A stretch of 64,000 nt of DNA from Calcarisporiella thermophila CBS 279.70 (Eukaryota > Fungi > Calcarisporiellomycota), in the NCBI RefSeq assembly GCF_041956535.1, contig NW_027192210.1, forward strand, positions 190,273 to 254,272, read 5' to 3'. A program made the position numbers and the translations under genes. Under the pieces are notes generated by a model that saw only the letters and a program-made list of their open reading frames with translations, had not been told where the DNA came from and did no database searches. Of this stretch, positions 23,230 through 37,471 are shown piece by piece. Position 1 is the first letter of the stretch. Every line of letters starts with the position of its first letter.

Positions 23230-25360
23230 CTAATAGCCCTGAGCATATCCGGACGGATACGTGGGCCCTCCTGCCTGGGGATGGCCGACATAGGGGGAGG
23301 CGGGGTAATCTCCGGCCACCGGCGGTTGCGGGTGATGCTCGGGCCCAGGTTGATTTTGGGGTGGAGCGGGAGCGGGAGGTGCATAATAGGTTCCCTGCTG
23401 CTGCGGTTGGGGCGGCTCATAGCCCTGCTCCGGCCGATAGGATTGTTGTTGCTGTGCGGGCGGTGAGCTTAGGTGCGAATAGGGTGGGGCATAGCCTGCA
23501 CTAGGATCTTGTCGCGGGGCCGAGTGCTGTGGAGGGTACCCACCGACTGGGCCCGGGGGATAGCCTTCGCCATAGCCATGGGGCTGCTGGGGGGGATAGG
23601 GGGGGGGATACTGTGATTCAGGGGCCAGTGGGGCAAAGGGAACAGAGGGGGAGTAGGGCGCGGTGGAGGCAGGGGCTGAGGAGTAGCCTTGCGGCGGGTA
23701 GGAGCCGTAGTTTTGGGCGTGGTGGGCGTGGTGGGCGGGTGGTTGCCCGCTGTATCTGGAAATCGAGGCCTCCATGAGTTGGTCGTAAGTACCGCGTGCC
23801 TTGAGGAACTTATCGTTGAGAGAGATCAGCTCATCTACAAGCAATCGAAGAGTTTTGAGAACATTTCCCCTCCCACGATATAAAATCCAGCCGTGAGGCA
23901 AACTTACCCTTTCGCTGGCTATATTTTTCAATCAATTTTACTAGCTTCGGTCGGATGGTGAGCACACGGTTATAGAGTGTCTATGGAAGTTGTCCGCACA
24001 ACGGGTTAGATATCTCTTTTCTCTTCAAAAAAAAAACATACAGCACTAAAAAAAAGAGAATACAAAATACCTGTAGCCGCTCGTTTTCCGAGAAATTATC
24101 CTTTTGGGGATCCACGGAAGAGAGCATTTCAACCAGGTCCTCGATGTTCTTCGACTCCGATAACACCTGTGACTCCATCTCCGCCTCGCGCACCAAGTCT
24201 TCCGGTGTCGGGTCCTGCAGGAACTCTACGTAGTTTACGGGGAAAATGCCAATACGTCCCTGAAGTTGGCCTTTCCACCAGTCGCGGTAGTGGCTCTCGA
24301 GCACGCGGATCACGTCACCCTTCTGAAACCCAAGCTCGCCCTGCTCCGTAGGAACAAAGTCATAGAGGGCGCGGACTCGAGAGACCTTTTGTGGTTGCTC
24401 GGGCTCCTTGGGCTTATCCGGCATTTTGTGCTGTTGAGGCTAGAGACATCCAATGTTAGTCGCAAAAAAAAAAAGCTGGAGGGGGACGAGAAGGGCCAGT
24501 CTGTAAGTGAATATAGTAAAGTACCTGATAGCCGTGCCTAGAGCTGTGTTTCTCACTCTCCGAGAGAGAGAGGGCCAATGCAAGCTGCAGCTCCTCCTCC
24601 TCCTTCTGTCTATCCAATTCCGTCTTGAAAATGAAAGTGGTGAAAGAGTGGTTAGAAATGAACCCTCGCCATCTTGGCAGTTCTAGAAAATCCCCCACCT
24701 GTGTGTATTCCTTCTTGGGCTTCTGGGGAGATGGAAACACAAATCCTTGCTGACGCAAGCTCTGATAAGTCTCTTCCATGATGCCAAGCGATGGATCGGA
24801 TCTGAACTCATGAGACCATTGCTGCACCAACTCCAGAATCCGTGTGCGCACGCGCTCATGATTGGCCTTGTCCTTGGCCAGCTTGACAAGGAGAGATGTA
24901 AATGCGCGCGAGGCGACCTCTCGGTGCAACTCTACTCCACAATTTTTGACTAGTGCCTCCGTTAGAGTGAGTGTGTAGAGCTGAACATTGGCATTGGCCA
25001 TTTGGAGGCGCTTTTGCACCACAGCAATGCAATCACGCGCACTTGATTAGAAGTGAAAGAGAGGGGATCGGTGCATTAATAACGGAAAATCCATCAAAGC
25101 TCTTCTCTCGCACAATTTATCTATATCTATACTTACTCATTAGCATTGTGTACTTTATCGCAGACTTCGAGGATCAGCTGCCAATTTTCGCTGGTCAGAT
25201 TTTCTGATGTTGCGCTAGCTATATTTCGAATTCGAGAAAAAGGAAAAGAAAAAGAGGTTGTGACACGATTAGCAATCCCCAGAATGGAATAGCATTAAGA
25301 TGCAAATGCTCTTTCAGTACCGATTGGCTCTTCAAATGTATTGGTTGTCGATCGGAACAT
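23230..25360 (-). CDS. HSE1: ESCRT-0 subunit Hse1/STAM (VHS-UIM-SH3-GAT, Pro-rich tail)
   Basis: VHS (ENWQLILEVCDKV; NANVQLYTLTLTEALVKNCG), UIM (KEEEELQLALALSLSES), SH3 (VRALYDF..ELGFQKGDVIRVLESHYRDWWKG..GIFPVNYV) and a YPP-rich C-terminus. Confidence 0.95.
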
Positions 25361-26356
25361 GATGTTAGAAAGGGGGAGGGATGAATGCGAGATGGATCGA
25401 TGAAAAGCGGATGCAAGCTCTTCGTTTCTTGGCCACAGGGTTTTTGGAAGAACACAGGTGAGAAAAACGCAAGCCATCGGTGGCTTGGACTTCTCGCCAG
25501 CTCTGAAATCAGAGTTTTGTGGCTTGGGAATGCAGGGGTGAATATTGAAGTATTACACTACGAGTTGTAGTCTACAACTGATCCCGAAACTGGCTATAGG
25601 CCATACCGACATGAAGTGGGGGATTCGGCGAGAAGGGTAAATGGCTGAAAATGTAGTCGGGTTTTTGAGAGGTTTTATCGAATCATCCGTCCGCTTCCTC
25701 AAAGACAGCACGAAATTGCAATTAATTCTCCATCGAATTTTAGCCAGCCAATTTTCTTATTGTTGGCCAGGGTGGGGGTCACCTGGACCTGTGGTTTGCA
25801 TCGGTTGCGGGCCAAAGGTCCTTCAATTAATAAAAAACAGGAGCACTCTGTAATGAAGATCCTTACCCGTTGGAATCGTGGGTGTGATTGGTAATCCGGT
25901 TCCTCCTCTTAAATATAATTTAAAATAATGTCAGATTTTAATATAACTTTATTTTTCAGTGCCGAAATTGGCAGTCACAGATAAGGACTCAAGGGAGAAG
26001 CCAGATCGATAGGGAGAATCAAACGAATAGGAAAGGAGAGAAAAGGATTGGAATGGAAGAGTAGGTAAAAAAAAAAAGAAAGCAAGAGAAAGTAAAAAGA
26101 GAGAAGCACGAACAAACGAGGCTAGTAAAAATTACACATTAAGAAAGTAGAGAAGAGAAAAAGAAAAAAGAAAAAAAAGTAATCAAGGAGAGAAAAAATT
26201 CGTCGTGGTAAAGTATTTATATATATATATTTATATATGTGTATCGAAAGGGTAAAGGAGAGTTTCGATTAACTAAGCAAGCAAAAGGAGAGATTATTGG
26301 GTGTAAAAATATCCTCTAAATGAACAGAACCGACATAAGGAGATATGTCTATATGT

Positions 26357-27632
26357 CTACCATAACCGCTGTCTTGGATCCATATTCTCATCGGCCTCCT
26401 CCCCATCCTTCTCCCAAATCCGGCCATGTTCCCAAACACGATCCATGGGGGGTGTGGGCATGCCATGCACCACGATCGGGACAAACCTATTCCCTTCATC
26501 AGCCCATCGCATCACACGCACGCTGGCACACTCATAGGCTGGCGACGCATACTTGTCGTGCACAACGCGCGACACCTGGCAGAGGCAATGATCGAGAAGT
26601 TGGACTAGCCCAGTGAGGCTGTCGTCTACTCTCTATTATTCGGGCAGAGAAGAGAGATTAGCTACTGCATCCTGGATCCTTCACCCCGGCTCAATGGGCT
26701 AGTGGTTGCATTTTTTCCTCCCCTCTTGCTATCCAATTCAAGGAAGTAGAGCCCTTGGAGGCTAATTTCATTACCTCATTCTCAAGAATATATCTCGCAA
26801 ATGCCAAGCATGCCCTTGCGACCCTGCATGCCCCAACTCCCACGAACCCCCGGTGAAACAACGAGACCTCCATCAGAAACCGTGCGACCCCCAACACCTC
26901 CCTCGACTCCATGCCCCCTTCTCTCTCGACTATCAGCCTTAGAAATGCCTCCGGGGTGGGGGCTCCAACTCTCCATCCAATGGTCGCCAAAATATGCGCC
27001 TCCATCCGATCAAATGCCCGCTCTTCATACGCATTATCGCACAGCACCCTGAGCCGTCGCTTTCGCGGCACACGCGCACTCTCTTCGTATTTGGTTGCCA
27101 GCCACAGGCAGGTGACGCCAACCAGTTGATAGTGCTTGCGGGTCACAATAACTCGCGACATGTACCGGTTCATAAGATTCACAGCAAGGTGTAGGGTTTC
27201 GGAAAGTAGGCCCAGGTGTGAATGCACTTGAACAAGAAAATCGAGGAGAAGAGGGCGCAATTCCCAGCCGACCTCTGCACACGGATTAAGAAAGATGAAA
27301 TGAATCACATGCAAATAATACACTTCAATAGAGGAAATTACCAGGCTGCTGATCGATATTGGCGACATTGGGTAGAGTTTCCCTCTATTTGAGGATCCAT
27401 GATTAGCATCGCAGCACTTTCAAGTCAAATGGACAATCAGCGTAGGCATGTTTACCTCCTGTTCTCTCATGACCATCCAAGTTTCCTCCCGCTCTTCTTC
27501 CTCCTCTGTCATCAGACGCTCCCATGGCGCCGCAAAAGAAAAAAGAGCAAATTTGAGATGATGTGGCGAAGTTTTCCGTGTAGAGCGCTTGAAGGGCGAA
27601 TCACGTCGCTTTGTTACTCGTGAATTTAACAT
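26357..27632 (-). CDS. Cyclin (G1/B-type cyclin box)
   Basis: Spliced TLPNVANIDQQP|EVGWELRPLLLDFLVQVH..LSETLHLAVNLMNRYMS..YQLVGVTCLWLATKYEE..MEAHILATIGW..PTPEAFL. Last exon contains HDKYAS. Termini less certain. Confidence 0.85.
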
Positions 27633-27936
27633 TTTTGTGATAGAAAAATGAAGGGGAGGGGGAGGGAGGATGAGGATGGGAATGGATTCAGATTTAGGGG
27701 AAAATAAAGGAATGTGCCAGGAGGGACCCGTCGCTCGTGATGGGAAAAGCTGTAATGTTGAGTGAATTTTCAGGGGGAAGCGAAGAGAGGATTTATGAAG
27801 AGAAGAGGGGGGATGAGGAGAAAAATGGTAAATTAGGATCCTCTCTCTTCACAATGTCTTGGACCCGCCCAGAAAATATAGCAACACACAGGCTTCTGGT
27901 TGACTAAATTAATAGAACATGAAATGGCCACCCAGC

Positions 27937-27952
27937 GTGTGTGTGTGTGTGT
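27937..27952 (+). repeat. (GT)8 microsatellite
   Basis: gtgtgtgtgtgtgtgt in the cyclin/TIM17 intergenic region. Confidence 0.85.
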
Positions 27953-28291
27953 TTAAAATGGAAGGAGCGGAAAGAGGACAACAACGAGAACAAAGAATAG
28001 AGAAATGCAAGGAAGCAGCCTATTGCAGCCAGTGCTGGGATATTTTGTGCTGAGATAGTCGAATAGTTTGGGCTGAGAAGCACCGAAGTAGAAGCATTTT
28101 TTTTTTTTCAACTTAATTTAGCATTGTTGCGGAATGGAAAACAAAATCAACTCAAATATCAGCCCATTGCAATTGGCACCCATAACAAAAATAACAATAG
28201 CAACTCATATATGCATATAGAAAAGGGTCGAATAATGAGAAGAATGGGGACGGAAAAAAGACATCCAATGTTTTAAATTACACTATTGAAG

Positions 28292-28978
28292 TTAGGACGA
28301 CTGTGGCGATGGAGGATGGATATCGAGCTATTCCAAAAAAGTAATTGGAAGACGAGTTAGATGAGCGCAGTTGGTTCACAGAAAATAGCCCAGCGGCTGT
28401 AAGCATACCTGGGGCATGACCGGCCGATTTTGGTCTGCTGCGTACCTGTTCATGGCTATCCCTATGCCTTCAATTAGCGAGAGCAGCACTCCCCCAATGA
28501 CGGCCGAGGTCAGGGCAACTTTCGCGCCACCGCGTGCGCTCAGCACCCCGCCCGTCACAAACCCGCTCATGATGGAATTCCAGGGGTCTTCCTTTTGCCG
28601 GATGGATTTAAATCCACAGTCAAATGTAGAGAAGAGGCCCCCCCACACCGCAAAGTTGCCACCAAGGACGGGCGCGCGAGCCTTCATGGCGGAGAGAGCG
28701 CCCGCAATGCGCTCTCCATTAGGACTGTTTTTGGCACCCTTCACGCTGTGCCATATCCCGCCGCCGATGGCTCCCATGGAAAAGGCACCTACATATAAAT
28801 GATGTAAAGCCATGTTCATTGGAGGAACTCTTCCCATGCATACCGCCCAAATCGTTCAGAATAACCCAGGGGCTGGTGACAGGGATGGAGGAGTGCATCA
28901 ATTTGACAATCAGAAACAACCGCTAAAATAGCAAGATGCCTACCATGGATCGCGTGTACTATCACCTCCTCGCGGCAT
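28292..28978 (-). CDS. TIM17: Mitochondrial import inner membrane translocase Tim17
   Basis: DSTRDPC|PWVILNDLGG|AFSMGAIGGGIWHSVKGAKNSP..KARAPVLGGNFAVWGGLFSTFDC..RQKEDPWNSIMSGFVTGG. Confidence 0.97.
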
Positions 28979-29135
28979 GCTCTGTTCATCAATGGAGAAC
29001 AAGAATGACAGCCTTATCCTTGAAATTTCCAAATGGGGGGCTTTTTTTTTTCTCTCCTTGCACCGAACGCAGTCACAGCTTTCTCTCCAACGCGAGGTGA
29101 GGCGATCCTCTTCATAGATTTCGCTTGATAACTCA

Positions 29136-30419
29136 ATGCTACCGACAGATACAATACGCTCCATTCGCATCCAAACAATATCCCCAAGTGCCGCTGCTAT
29201 TCCAGGACTGCATATTGCTGTCTCATTTCATGAGTTGAAGTAAAGTGTCGTTGTTTATTGGAAGTGCTAACCGAGAGGAGATATATTAACAAGCAAAAAA
29301 AATCTAATAGTGAAAACAGAGGGAAGCTTGATGCTGACGTTTGGCATTATGTGTGCAAGCTGGTGCGTTCTGTGGTTGGCACCGTGTCGTGCGATGGAAT
29401 CGATGGCAAGAAGGTATTACCATATCGCTTCGATCCCATTCTAGCCAGACACTTAGTTTTCTCGACCATTTTAGGGGATGGACCATTCCTCTCCTGCAGC
29501 ACTAGCATTCTCCCATTTCATCACCGTAAACAATTACCGCTATTTCTACGCTAATTCGACACATACGTTGCATTCATTCGAAGGAGCTTATGAATGGATC
29601 GATGTTGAACTCAGACCACATGATGGCATTATCACTTCACATCGCTTTCTAAAAGGGGGCGGATTCGAGCGGATCAGGGGTCGACTGCTGCACAAGGAGA
29701 GCGATACACCGCTTGTGGAATGGGACCAGGAGCACGTGGAAACGCTGTCGCCACCGGAAAACCGCCCATTCTTAAAGGCATCCCATGCAACGTGGCTAGA
29801 TCCTTCACGCGGATTCCACCCGACCCTCCATACCTCTCTCTCATCGGCTTCTCCTCCGCGCAATTATTGTGAACTGGAAGCGATCTATGTGCTCCCGAGC
29901 GATTTTTTCGCAGATCCCTACCAGCTGCGCGACTTGAACACGGCGAAGACAAGGGTCTGGGTGTATGGGGAAACCGACCTAGAGCTTCCAGTGGACGCGA
30001 TTCAAAGGTGGGGCAGCGTGATTCGAGTGAGAAAGGAGGCAGGCGAGGACCATGAGTGGACAATACCCATTCATATGCGATATCAGCGACTAAACGATTC
30101 GGGAGAGTCAGAAGTCCGAGCCAACGCCCCCCTCGTCGGCTGGGTGTGCCCTTATGATTCGAGGCGGGATTACCCCGCCCCCTTACCGGAGACGCTTTTG
30201 CTCTCTCCTAGCCAGCAATTCCACCCTCTCCTTCCGGACGCCTCCAAGGAGGTGCGGATTCGGGTTCCAACGGGGCGGCCCCAAGACCGCGGCGTTATAG
30301 CTTGGGGCACCTTCCTGGGACTGGGCTTGGCAACGCTTTGGCTCAGCTACACAATCCTACGGGCATGGACTAGAGCGCTCCGGAGAGAGCGGAAGGGTAA
30401 AGCGGCGAAGCGGGACTAA
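29136..30419 (+). CDS. PIGX: GPI mannosyltransferase I subunit PIG-X/Pbn1
   Basis: GFHPTL, LPSDFFADPYQL, VYGETDLELPV, IPIHMRYQ, IRVPTG and a C-terminal TM helix. Upstream exons from ATG 29136 (with PGLH) splice in frame; start tentative. Confidence 0.85.
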
Positions 30420-30806
30420 TTATTTAACACGGTGTGCTCAAAAACTGTAAATTTTTCCTCTCTCTTTTTCCCCTATCTCATCTATTTACTTTCGTCCTAT
30501 TCCCTCTGCCTTGTTTTCCTCTGCTTTGCCCTTTTTTTCTTTGAATAGGGAGAATCGAATTATATGCAGTATATATATATATATATAACAGAAAGGGGAA
30601 AAAAAAACACACATAGAAACAGAAGAGAAGAAGAAAAAACACTGTCCTACTACATTAAGAGGAGGAAACACAGTCTGCTTCCTACTGCTCGGAATAAAAA
30701 AGGAAGAGAAATGAGAAATGAGAAGCAATTTCCAAAAGAGAATGGTGCCATTTAAAAATCAAAGAAAATTCACAACAAGCGAGACAAAAAGGAAAAATAA
30801 TATTTA

Positions 30807-31675
30807 TCAGAGCTCCATGCCCTTGGCCTCGTCATCGTCCGAGAATGATCCTAAACTACTCATCTCTTCATCTTCCGAGCTTTCATCGTCTGCTGCATCG
30901 GCTGCTTCTTTTGTCGCATAGCGGGAAACATATTCTACACAGCATAGGAGAAGGGCTCAACATTAGCTAGATCGAAGCCCTTTCCAATTCAGCCGCATTG
31001 CCTTACCTTTCACCCGCTTTTCATATCCCTGTGGATCTCGCATCAAGAGTGCAGCCGCCTCCCCATTCAGAGGGTCGGTCGGATTCGGATAGCGCAGCAG
31101 CTGTGGGAGGAACACTTCGAACACGTTGAAGAGCGAGTAGAGCGCAGTCCACTGTTGATTGATCACATCTAAACATACCGAGCCGCTCCTATGATGATAA
31201 GCCACAAGCGATGGATGTTCAGTAAGGAGGAGGGACCATGATCAAAGCAAAGATATGGTATGTTTACATTTCATCGATGTTCGGATGGAAGATCTTGTTC
31301 ACGAATCCAATCGATGGCGATTTGTAGGGATATTGGTCGGGCAACTCGACATGAACTTTCCACACGCCGCCAGCAAAGGGGGCTATTGCCAGAAACACAG
31401 GGGCATTAGTCACACCTTAGTCAATGGGTGCCAAGCTTCTCATAAAATAAAACCTACTGTCAGAAGGCCCATGGAATCGTACGTAGAATTCCTGCATGTT
31501 GTCATTGACCAGATTGACCTCATAATCCGACATGAGCCTAAAAAGGAAAATCATGGAAATGTTAGTACCAGCAACGATGGCCAATGTCATCCGGAAAGGC
31601 ATGATTAAAGGGCATCCGGGAGATAATTTACAATTTCATAACATCGGTTTCCATACGACGCCGGGGGGATGACAT
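30807..31675 (-). CDS. UBC8: Ubiquitin-conjugating enzyme E2 Ubc8/UBE2H
   Basis: [15 protein letters not shown]|[91 protein letters not shown], with an acidic tail. Confidence 0.97.
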
Positions 31676-32472
31676 GACTGACGGGATTCTCTACAGACTG
31701 GGCCGAAAGTAATGGAGGAAGGATAGATAGATTCTTAAAACTGAGGTGAAGAATGGGATAGAATAAAAACAAGAGATCTTATTTATTGGTTGAGTTCCGG
31801 GAGAAGCCGCTATTTGTTGATGGTTTAATCTTTGGAGGAAGAGAGGGTGTGAACAAGCGGAGGCAGAAACGGAGAGAAGAAAAAAATGAGGAAGAACTTT
31901 TTACAAAAGATGAGAAGGATTAGGTCAAATTTTATGCTGCGGCGTGCTGCGGCCGAGGAGGGAGCAATCGGTCTGCCCACAGGCTGGGGGGTGACAAGCG
32001 CTCTGTCTCTGGCTTTCCCTCGCCCCCTGTCAAGGTGGGATAGTCCGACCAGGACACAGCTGGTTCCGTGGCTTCCCCGCTCTAGGTTGGCTCCGGTGTT
32101 GTCGCCCTCGGCAACAGTCACGCGCTCCCATGAGAGAAGGGGAAAACATTCCAGGATGCGCTTTTGCTTGGATTAGAAGAAGTGACTCGGCCACTTTCAT
32201 GTAATATTATACCGCCGGTGGACCAAGCTGGCCCACTTCGGTCGGAAGCAGGGCCGATTCAGCCAGAGAGCCCGCGGGCCAAACGACTCTGCTTCAGCAG
32301 CCATGCAAGACCCGGCTGGCAAGTTGGCAATTTGGATTCTGCAACAACTAAACCTAATTTGGTATAAGGTTCAAAAAAGAAAATTGATGGCTTCTAGAAG
32401 CATCGCCGATTTATTGGTAAAGGCCGACCAACGCGGTTGCCGTGTGTTTTTCTGTTCCTTCCGCATTCCATA

Positions 32473-33861
32473 ATGGCCATCCGTCGCATCGACAATACGG
32501 AATCCCTCTTGGGAGACCCTGAAGCCAGAAGGATGGAGGCCTTCAATCTAAAACAGGGCATTCGGGCATTCTTATACTCCAGTCGACTAAATCTCGGACT
32601 CGTGTTTGTGCCGCTGGGCCTCCTAGCGCAAGTGCTTCACTGGCCGGCCAGCGCCGTGTTCACGCTGAACTTTCTCGCCATTATCCCGCTCGCAAAGCTT
32701 CTGGGATATGCGACAGAGGACGTCTCGCTGAGGGTTGGACACGTAATCATGCCCTTTTGTTTACCTTTTCTTTTCAACCCCCACCGTAGCTGACTTATTT
32801 CGATAAAGGCGCTCGGGGGGCTTCTCAATGCCACATTCGGCAACGCGGTCGAGCTTATTATCTCGATCTTTGCGCTAAAGCGCGGCATGATACACGTTGT
32901 GCAAGCTTCGATGCTTGGCTCGATTCTGTCCAACCTCCTATTCGTACTTGGACTTAGCTTTTTCCTCGGAGGGCTTCGTTATCCCGAACAAATGTTCAAC
33001 CAGACCGCGGCCCAAACCTCCGCCTCCATGATGGCCCTCTCGACCAGCTCGCTACTGCTGCCGGCCGCATTCAGATACTCGGTGGTTGGGGAAAAGCCCG
33101 TGGACATGGAACACCAGATCCTGGGAATCTCCCATGCTTCCGCAGTGTTGCTGCTGGCGATATACGTGGGGTATCTGATCTTCCAACTGCGCACACATAC
33201 TCAGTTTTTTGAGTCGGAGGAGGATCATAGCGAGGAGACCCCCGAGATGTCGCTCTCTTTCGGGATCTTGGCTCTGTTCCTCGTCACCACATTGATTGCC
33301 CTCTGTGCAGAAGGGCTTGTGGGCGCTATCGAGGGCACCGTTGAGTCCTGGAACATCAGCTCGACCTTTGTCGGCCTTATACTCCTGCCCATTGTGGGGA
33401 ATGCCGGCGAGCACGTATGGATTTGGCGGCTTTCCCCTTATAAGCTTTAGATTCCGATGCTTAACCTTACCCTGCATATCCTAGATCTCGGCAGTAACTT
33501 TTGCCTTGAAGGACAAAGTGGACCTGACAATTGGGATCGCGCTCGGGTCATCCTTGCAAATAGCGCTCTTTGTAACGCCGTTAATGGTCATCATTGGGTG
33601 GATCATCGGCCAGCCTATGTAAATATAGATTTTGAAAGGTGCGCTTGGATTCTATTTGGATAACTAACGGGGCGTCTCAAATTTTTCCCCAGGACTCTCT
33701 GCTTCGATCTGTTTAGTACCGCCGTGCTTCTGATAAGCGTGCTGGTGACAAACTACATCATCAACGATGGCGCAAGTAATTGGCTCGAGGGCGCCCAGCT
33801 ACTGGTGGCCTACTTCATCATCGCCATCAGCTACTTTTATTACCCGGACGTCGAAAATTAA
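32473..33861 (+). CDS. VCX1: Vacuolar Ca2+/H+ exchanger (CAX family)
   Basis: [16 protein letters not shown] (alpha-1 repeat), [32 protein letters not shown] (alpha-2 repeat), [19 protein letters not shown]. Confidence 0.95.
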
Positions 33862-34161
33862 TACGTAGTGTGTGCTTTTGTTCTGTTTCGTTATCTTTAA
33901 TTATTTGCTTTAATGTTGTGTTTTTTTTTCTTGTCGCACTTTACTTTCGTATTTAATGTAATAAAGATAAAAATTTTAATAAATAGCAAACGGGGGGTTG
34001 GATTTTGAGCGTGGATACAACAGTGAAGACAAGAGTACAATGCTGGTAAGGTATCTCAGTGGATGGTATCTGAAGAATGGAAACCTTGACCTTCGTATGG
34101 AAAAATGGTACATGAGACGGGTCTCGGAAGGCTCTATTTCCGTGGCCCTTCTAATTGGAGA

Positions 34162-37149
34162 CTATGTATTTCTAGGGGGGTACTGATCAGAGATCCTCCT
34201 GACATGATCCATCTCGTACCACAGATCGTCGGGTGCATTCGGTTGCTGGGCGTGTTGAGGGAAGTTGCCATGGACCGGAGGAGGGGGAGGAGGAGAAGAA
34301 GAAGGGGTGCGGTAAGACGGGCTCATACTCTGAAAATTAGGAGGCTGATCCGATGTTGCTATGGGAGGGGGTGGTACGGCAGAGAGCGGATTAGGGTCTC
34401 CAATGGGTCCATTGTAAGGAGTTGGATCCACCCATTCACGATGACCAGCCCCAGAACTTGCTTCGCGAGCAATATTGTGATGGGCTGCACCCGTGTGCGC
34501 ACTCGGTGGTATGGCCATAGCCCCATTGGGATTCAACATAGCGGCGGGAGCAGCTCCACCGCTGGCTCTTCTCCGTGCCGGCTCCGATTGATTCACCCGC
34601 TTCAATACCCTTCGTCTTCTTCTACAATACAAGACCCCATGCACCAACGCCGACACCAGCAGAATTCCCACCACAGTCAACACCGGGATGGCAATCACCT
34701 TGTTTTGCAGGATCCAACTGGCGATGGTCGCTCCTATGTCCCCGGACTGGCAAGAGCCTCGGAGACATTTTCCTCCAAACCCACAGGGCGTCCCGTCTAA
34801 GAATACGCCATTGAGTTGAAGGCACCCTTGGGGATTGGATGGGTCGGCACACACCAACTGACAACTCGACTCTTGGAAGCCGCACTGACGAGTGATGTTC
34901 ATTCGGGTCCCTCTTGCCACACACTGAGCATCTCTCGACTACAAGGGTTCAAATCAAAACAGAAAAAATGTGAGTGTTCAAGCGGGTTTCGCGCAATTGG
35001 GGTTTCCATGCCCCTACCGTGCATTGCCCTGAGGCACACTTGAGCCCATCCGATCCACAATCCGTCCCGTCTGGGAGCCGCTGGTTTGCAGGGCAGTTCG
35101 GGCTCTTTCCATCACACACCTCGTCAAGATCGCAGTGCGAGATCGCAGAACGGCAGAGTACCCCTGCTGGCTTCAAGCCGCAGGATTGACAGCAGTCGTT
35201 ATTTGCATCGCTGCACACGGCGCCTGGTTTCAGGGTGCAATTGGCAAAGCAACAGGCATCCTCTTGTTGACCGGGATCGCACTGCTCTCCTTCCTCCAAG
35301 ATGGAATTCCCACACATCGCCAGCGTCTCGATCCGACGCTGCCCAGGTGGTTGGAGGCAAAATCCCGTGCCCGGGATGGTGGAGCAGATATCGGCAACGG
35401 AACAGGGCGAGAAGTTATCGGTAAGAGCGTTATCCGCAGGACTCATAATGAACTGGTTTTGGGCATCGCATTGCTGCGAGTTGAGCGGGCAACAGTGGCA
35501 ATTGCCCACGCACGGGCAGTCGGCCGCGGTGCAGTCGTGGATGGCCCCAAAGCCATGCCCCACCTCGTGGGCAACTACCTTCCATTCGTCACGTGTTATC
35601 GAAGACACCCCCGTCCCAGACACCTAGGCGCATCGAGTTCATTGACAAACATAAAAAAAAAATTGAACAAGGTCATAGGAGAGGATAGGGATCGGAAATA
35701 AGCCTACCCAGTTCACCGTGCCATCGGAATCTTGTCGCAGAGTGGAGGATGAGCACAGCTGCCCAACCCAGGCTATCCCCACCTTGATCCCTGTGGAGCA
35801 TTTGGTCATCAGGTGCCACAGCCCGGCACCGTCTTCTCCCCTTTGGCCTCGCCACTGGCTAAAATCATTTAGGCGCATGTCGATCGTATAAGCATCGCTG
35901 CAATCTCGATTCCAGGCCACGCTTTGCGAGTTGCAGGGCGGGGGAAAGATGTTGAGGTAGATGATCCCCAACGAGACATTGAAAAAGCGCTCGTAGATCC
36001 CCGAGGCCGTATTGAAATCGGTGATAATTTGGCGCCTGGCCGCATCCGACGACTGGTAGGCTTCAACGTAAGTGCAGTCGGCGGCCACCCCCATATAGTT
36101 GATTAGCCTGGATTTGGGACACCCCCCCGCGGCCCTAGCTCTTAGCTCCCGTGGAAAGAATCTTCCCAATTGATTTTCTCCCACGAACGAACGTTCATAG
36201 AGCGACGTGTGGTTGAGCGAGGGGAGATCACTCCGACGAACACGGCTATGAAGTCCGGACACTCCACAAGTAGATGAGCTGTTTCCAGTCTGCACGACGT
36301 CGCTATCTCGATACAATACCATCAACGCGTCCCCTGCGAATTCATCCGGATCGGGATCCTCAGCACGTTTAACACGTCGAAATACATGCTTAGGCCGGAC
36401 ATGGTATATTTCGCCCCAAGCACTGAAGGCCCCTTCGAACAGCAGCCGATTCGTCTCGCTATCCCTACATTCATTAGAGGGTTCAGGGAGTTTATACTTG
36501 TGTTTCTTGAGGGGAAAGAAGTGGAAAGCACATCCGCACGAAGAGCGGAGGGATGCTTCTGTTTACCCTGGATGTTCATGCACCACGATCCTTGCCCATC
36601 CCACGGACCCGTCCCTCCACCAGTCCCCGCTATCACGTACAACCCCAACCCAGTCGTGATCCCACCACCGTTTTGATATATCCTCGCCGACCGTGACAGC
36701 ACCCCTATAGACCCTCCACTCGTCTCGGCGCATGACTTCGCCTTTCCCGGATTCTCCCCAATTCAACCGCGCTTCCGGGTGAAAGAGGTCATCATTGGGG
36801 TCTAGATGCAGATTGAAAGTGTGTCCAGGTACGTCAATCCGAATCCGCAGGGTGTCGTTGTGGCGAAGTTGGCCCTGATTTTCGGCGTGAAACCCCAAAA
36901 TCTCGGCGGTAGGATGAATGGGATGGATAACGGTGAGGGGCGAATCAAGAAAGCTGTGTGCTAAATTATTCATGCAACGAAAAATGAGCGGATAAATAGA
37001 GGGCCCGGACCAAGGCTGGAAATGCTCATGAAATGAAATGGAATTAGCTATCTACCCCTGACCAATGGCGCATGCGGCACCCACATCCAGAGCAGCAGCA
37101 GGCCGCATTGTACTATAGTGGAGCAGGCAACCAGCATTTTTTCGACCAT
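34162..37149 (-). CDS. ADAM-family zinc metalloprotease-disintegrin (Mde10/ADM-B-like)
   Basis: Signal peptide, prodomain, GVAADCTY, zinc motif HEVGHGFGAIHD with Met-turn FIMSP, disintegrin CGNSILEEGEQCDPG, Cys-rich/EGF region, TM helix and Pro-rich cytosolic tail. Confidence 0.93.
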
Positions 37150-37471
37150 GCTTTGCCAGAATGCTAGGAAAGGATCTTACCAATACTCTCAGCCCTGTTC
37201 TTGAAATTTCGAAAAGCCATCCAAAAACGGTGGCGAATAATGCCAAGATACCAAGAAAGTATGTGGACCCATGAATTATTTAAGGAAAAGCCTCGGATAA
37301 AATCCAGAGTTTTGATTGATCAGTGATCTTGATTTTAGGCTGATGATGAGTTTAAGAAAATTAAGTAATATATAAAAAAAAACAAGAGGCCTCTAAACTA
37401 GTACTCAATATCCATTCCCATACAAAATGCTTGGATAATAATGCTACATTTCCCCTTATTGACTGCATCGC

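Noticed and set aside
30807-31675. U12-type introns in UBC8
   Set aside because: All donors read gtaaat, gtaggt, gtaaac or gtaagg; none matches RTATCCTT.
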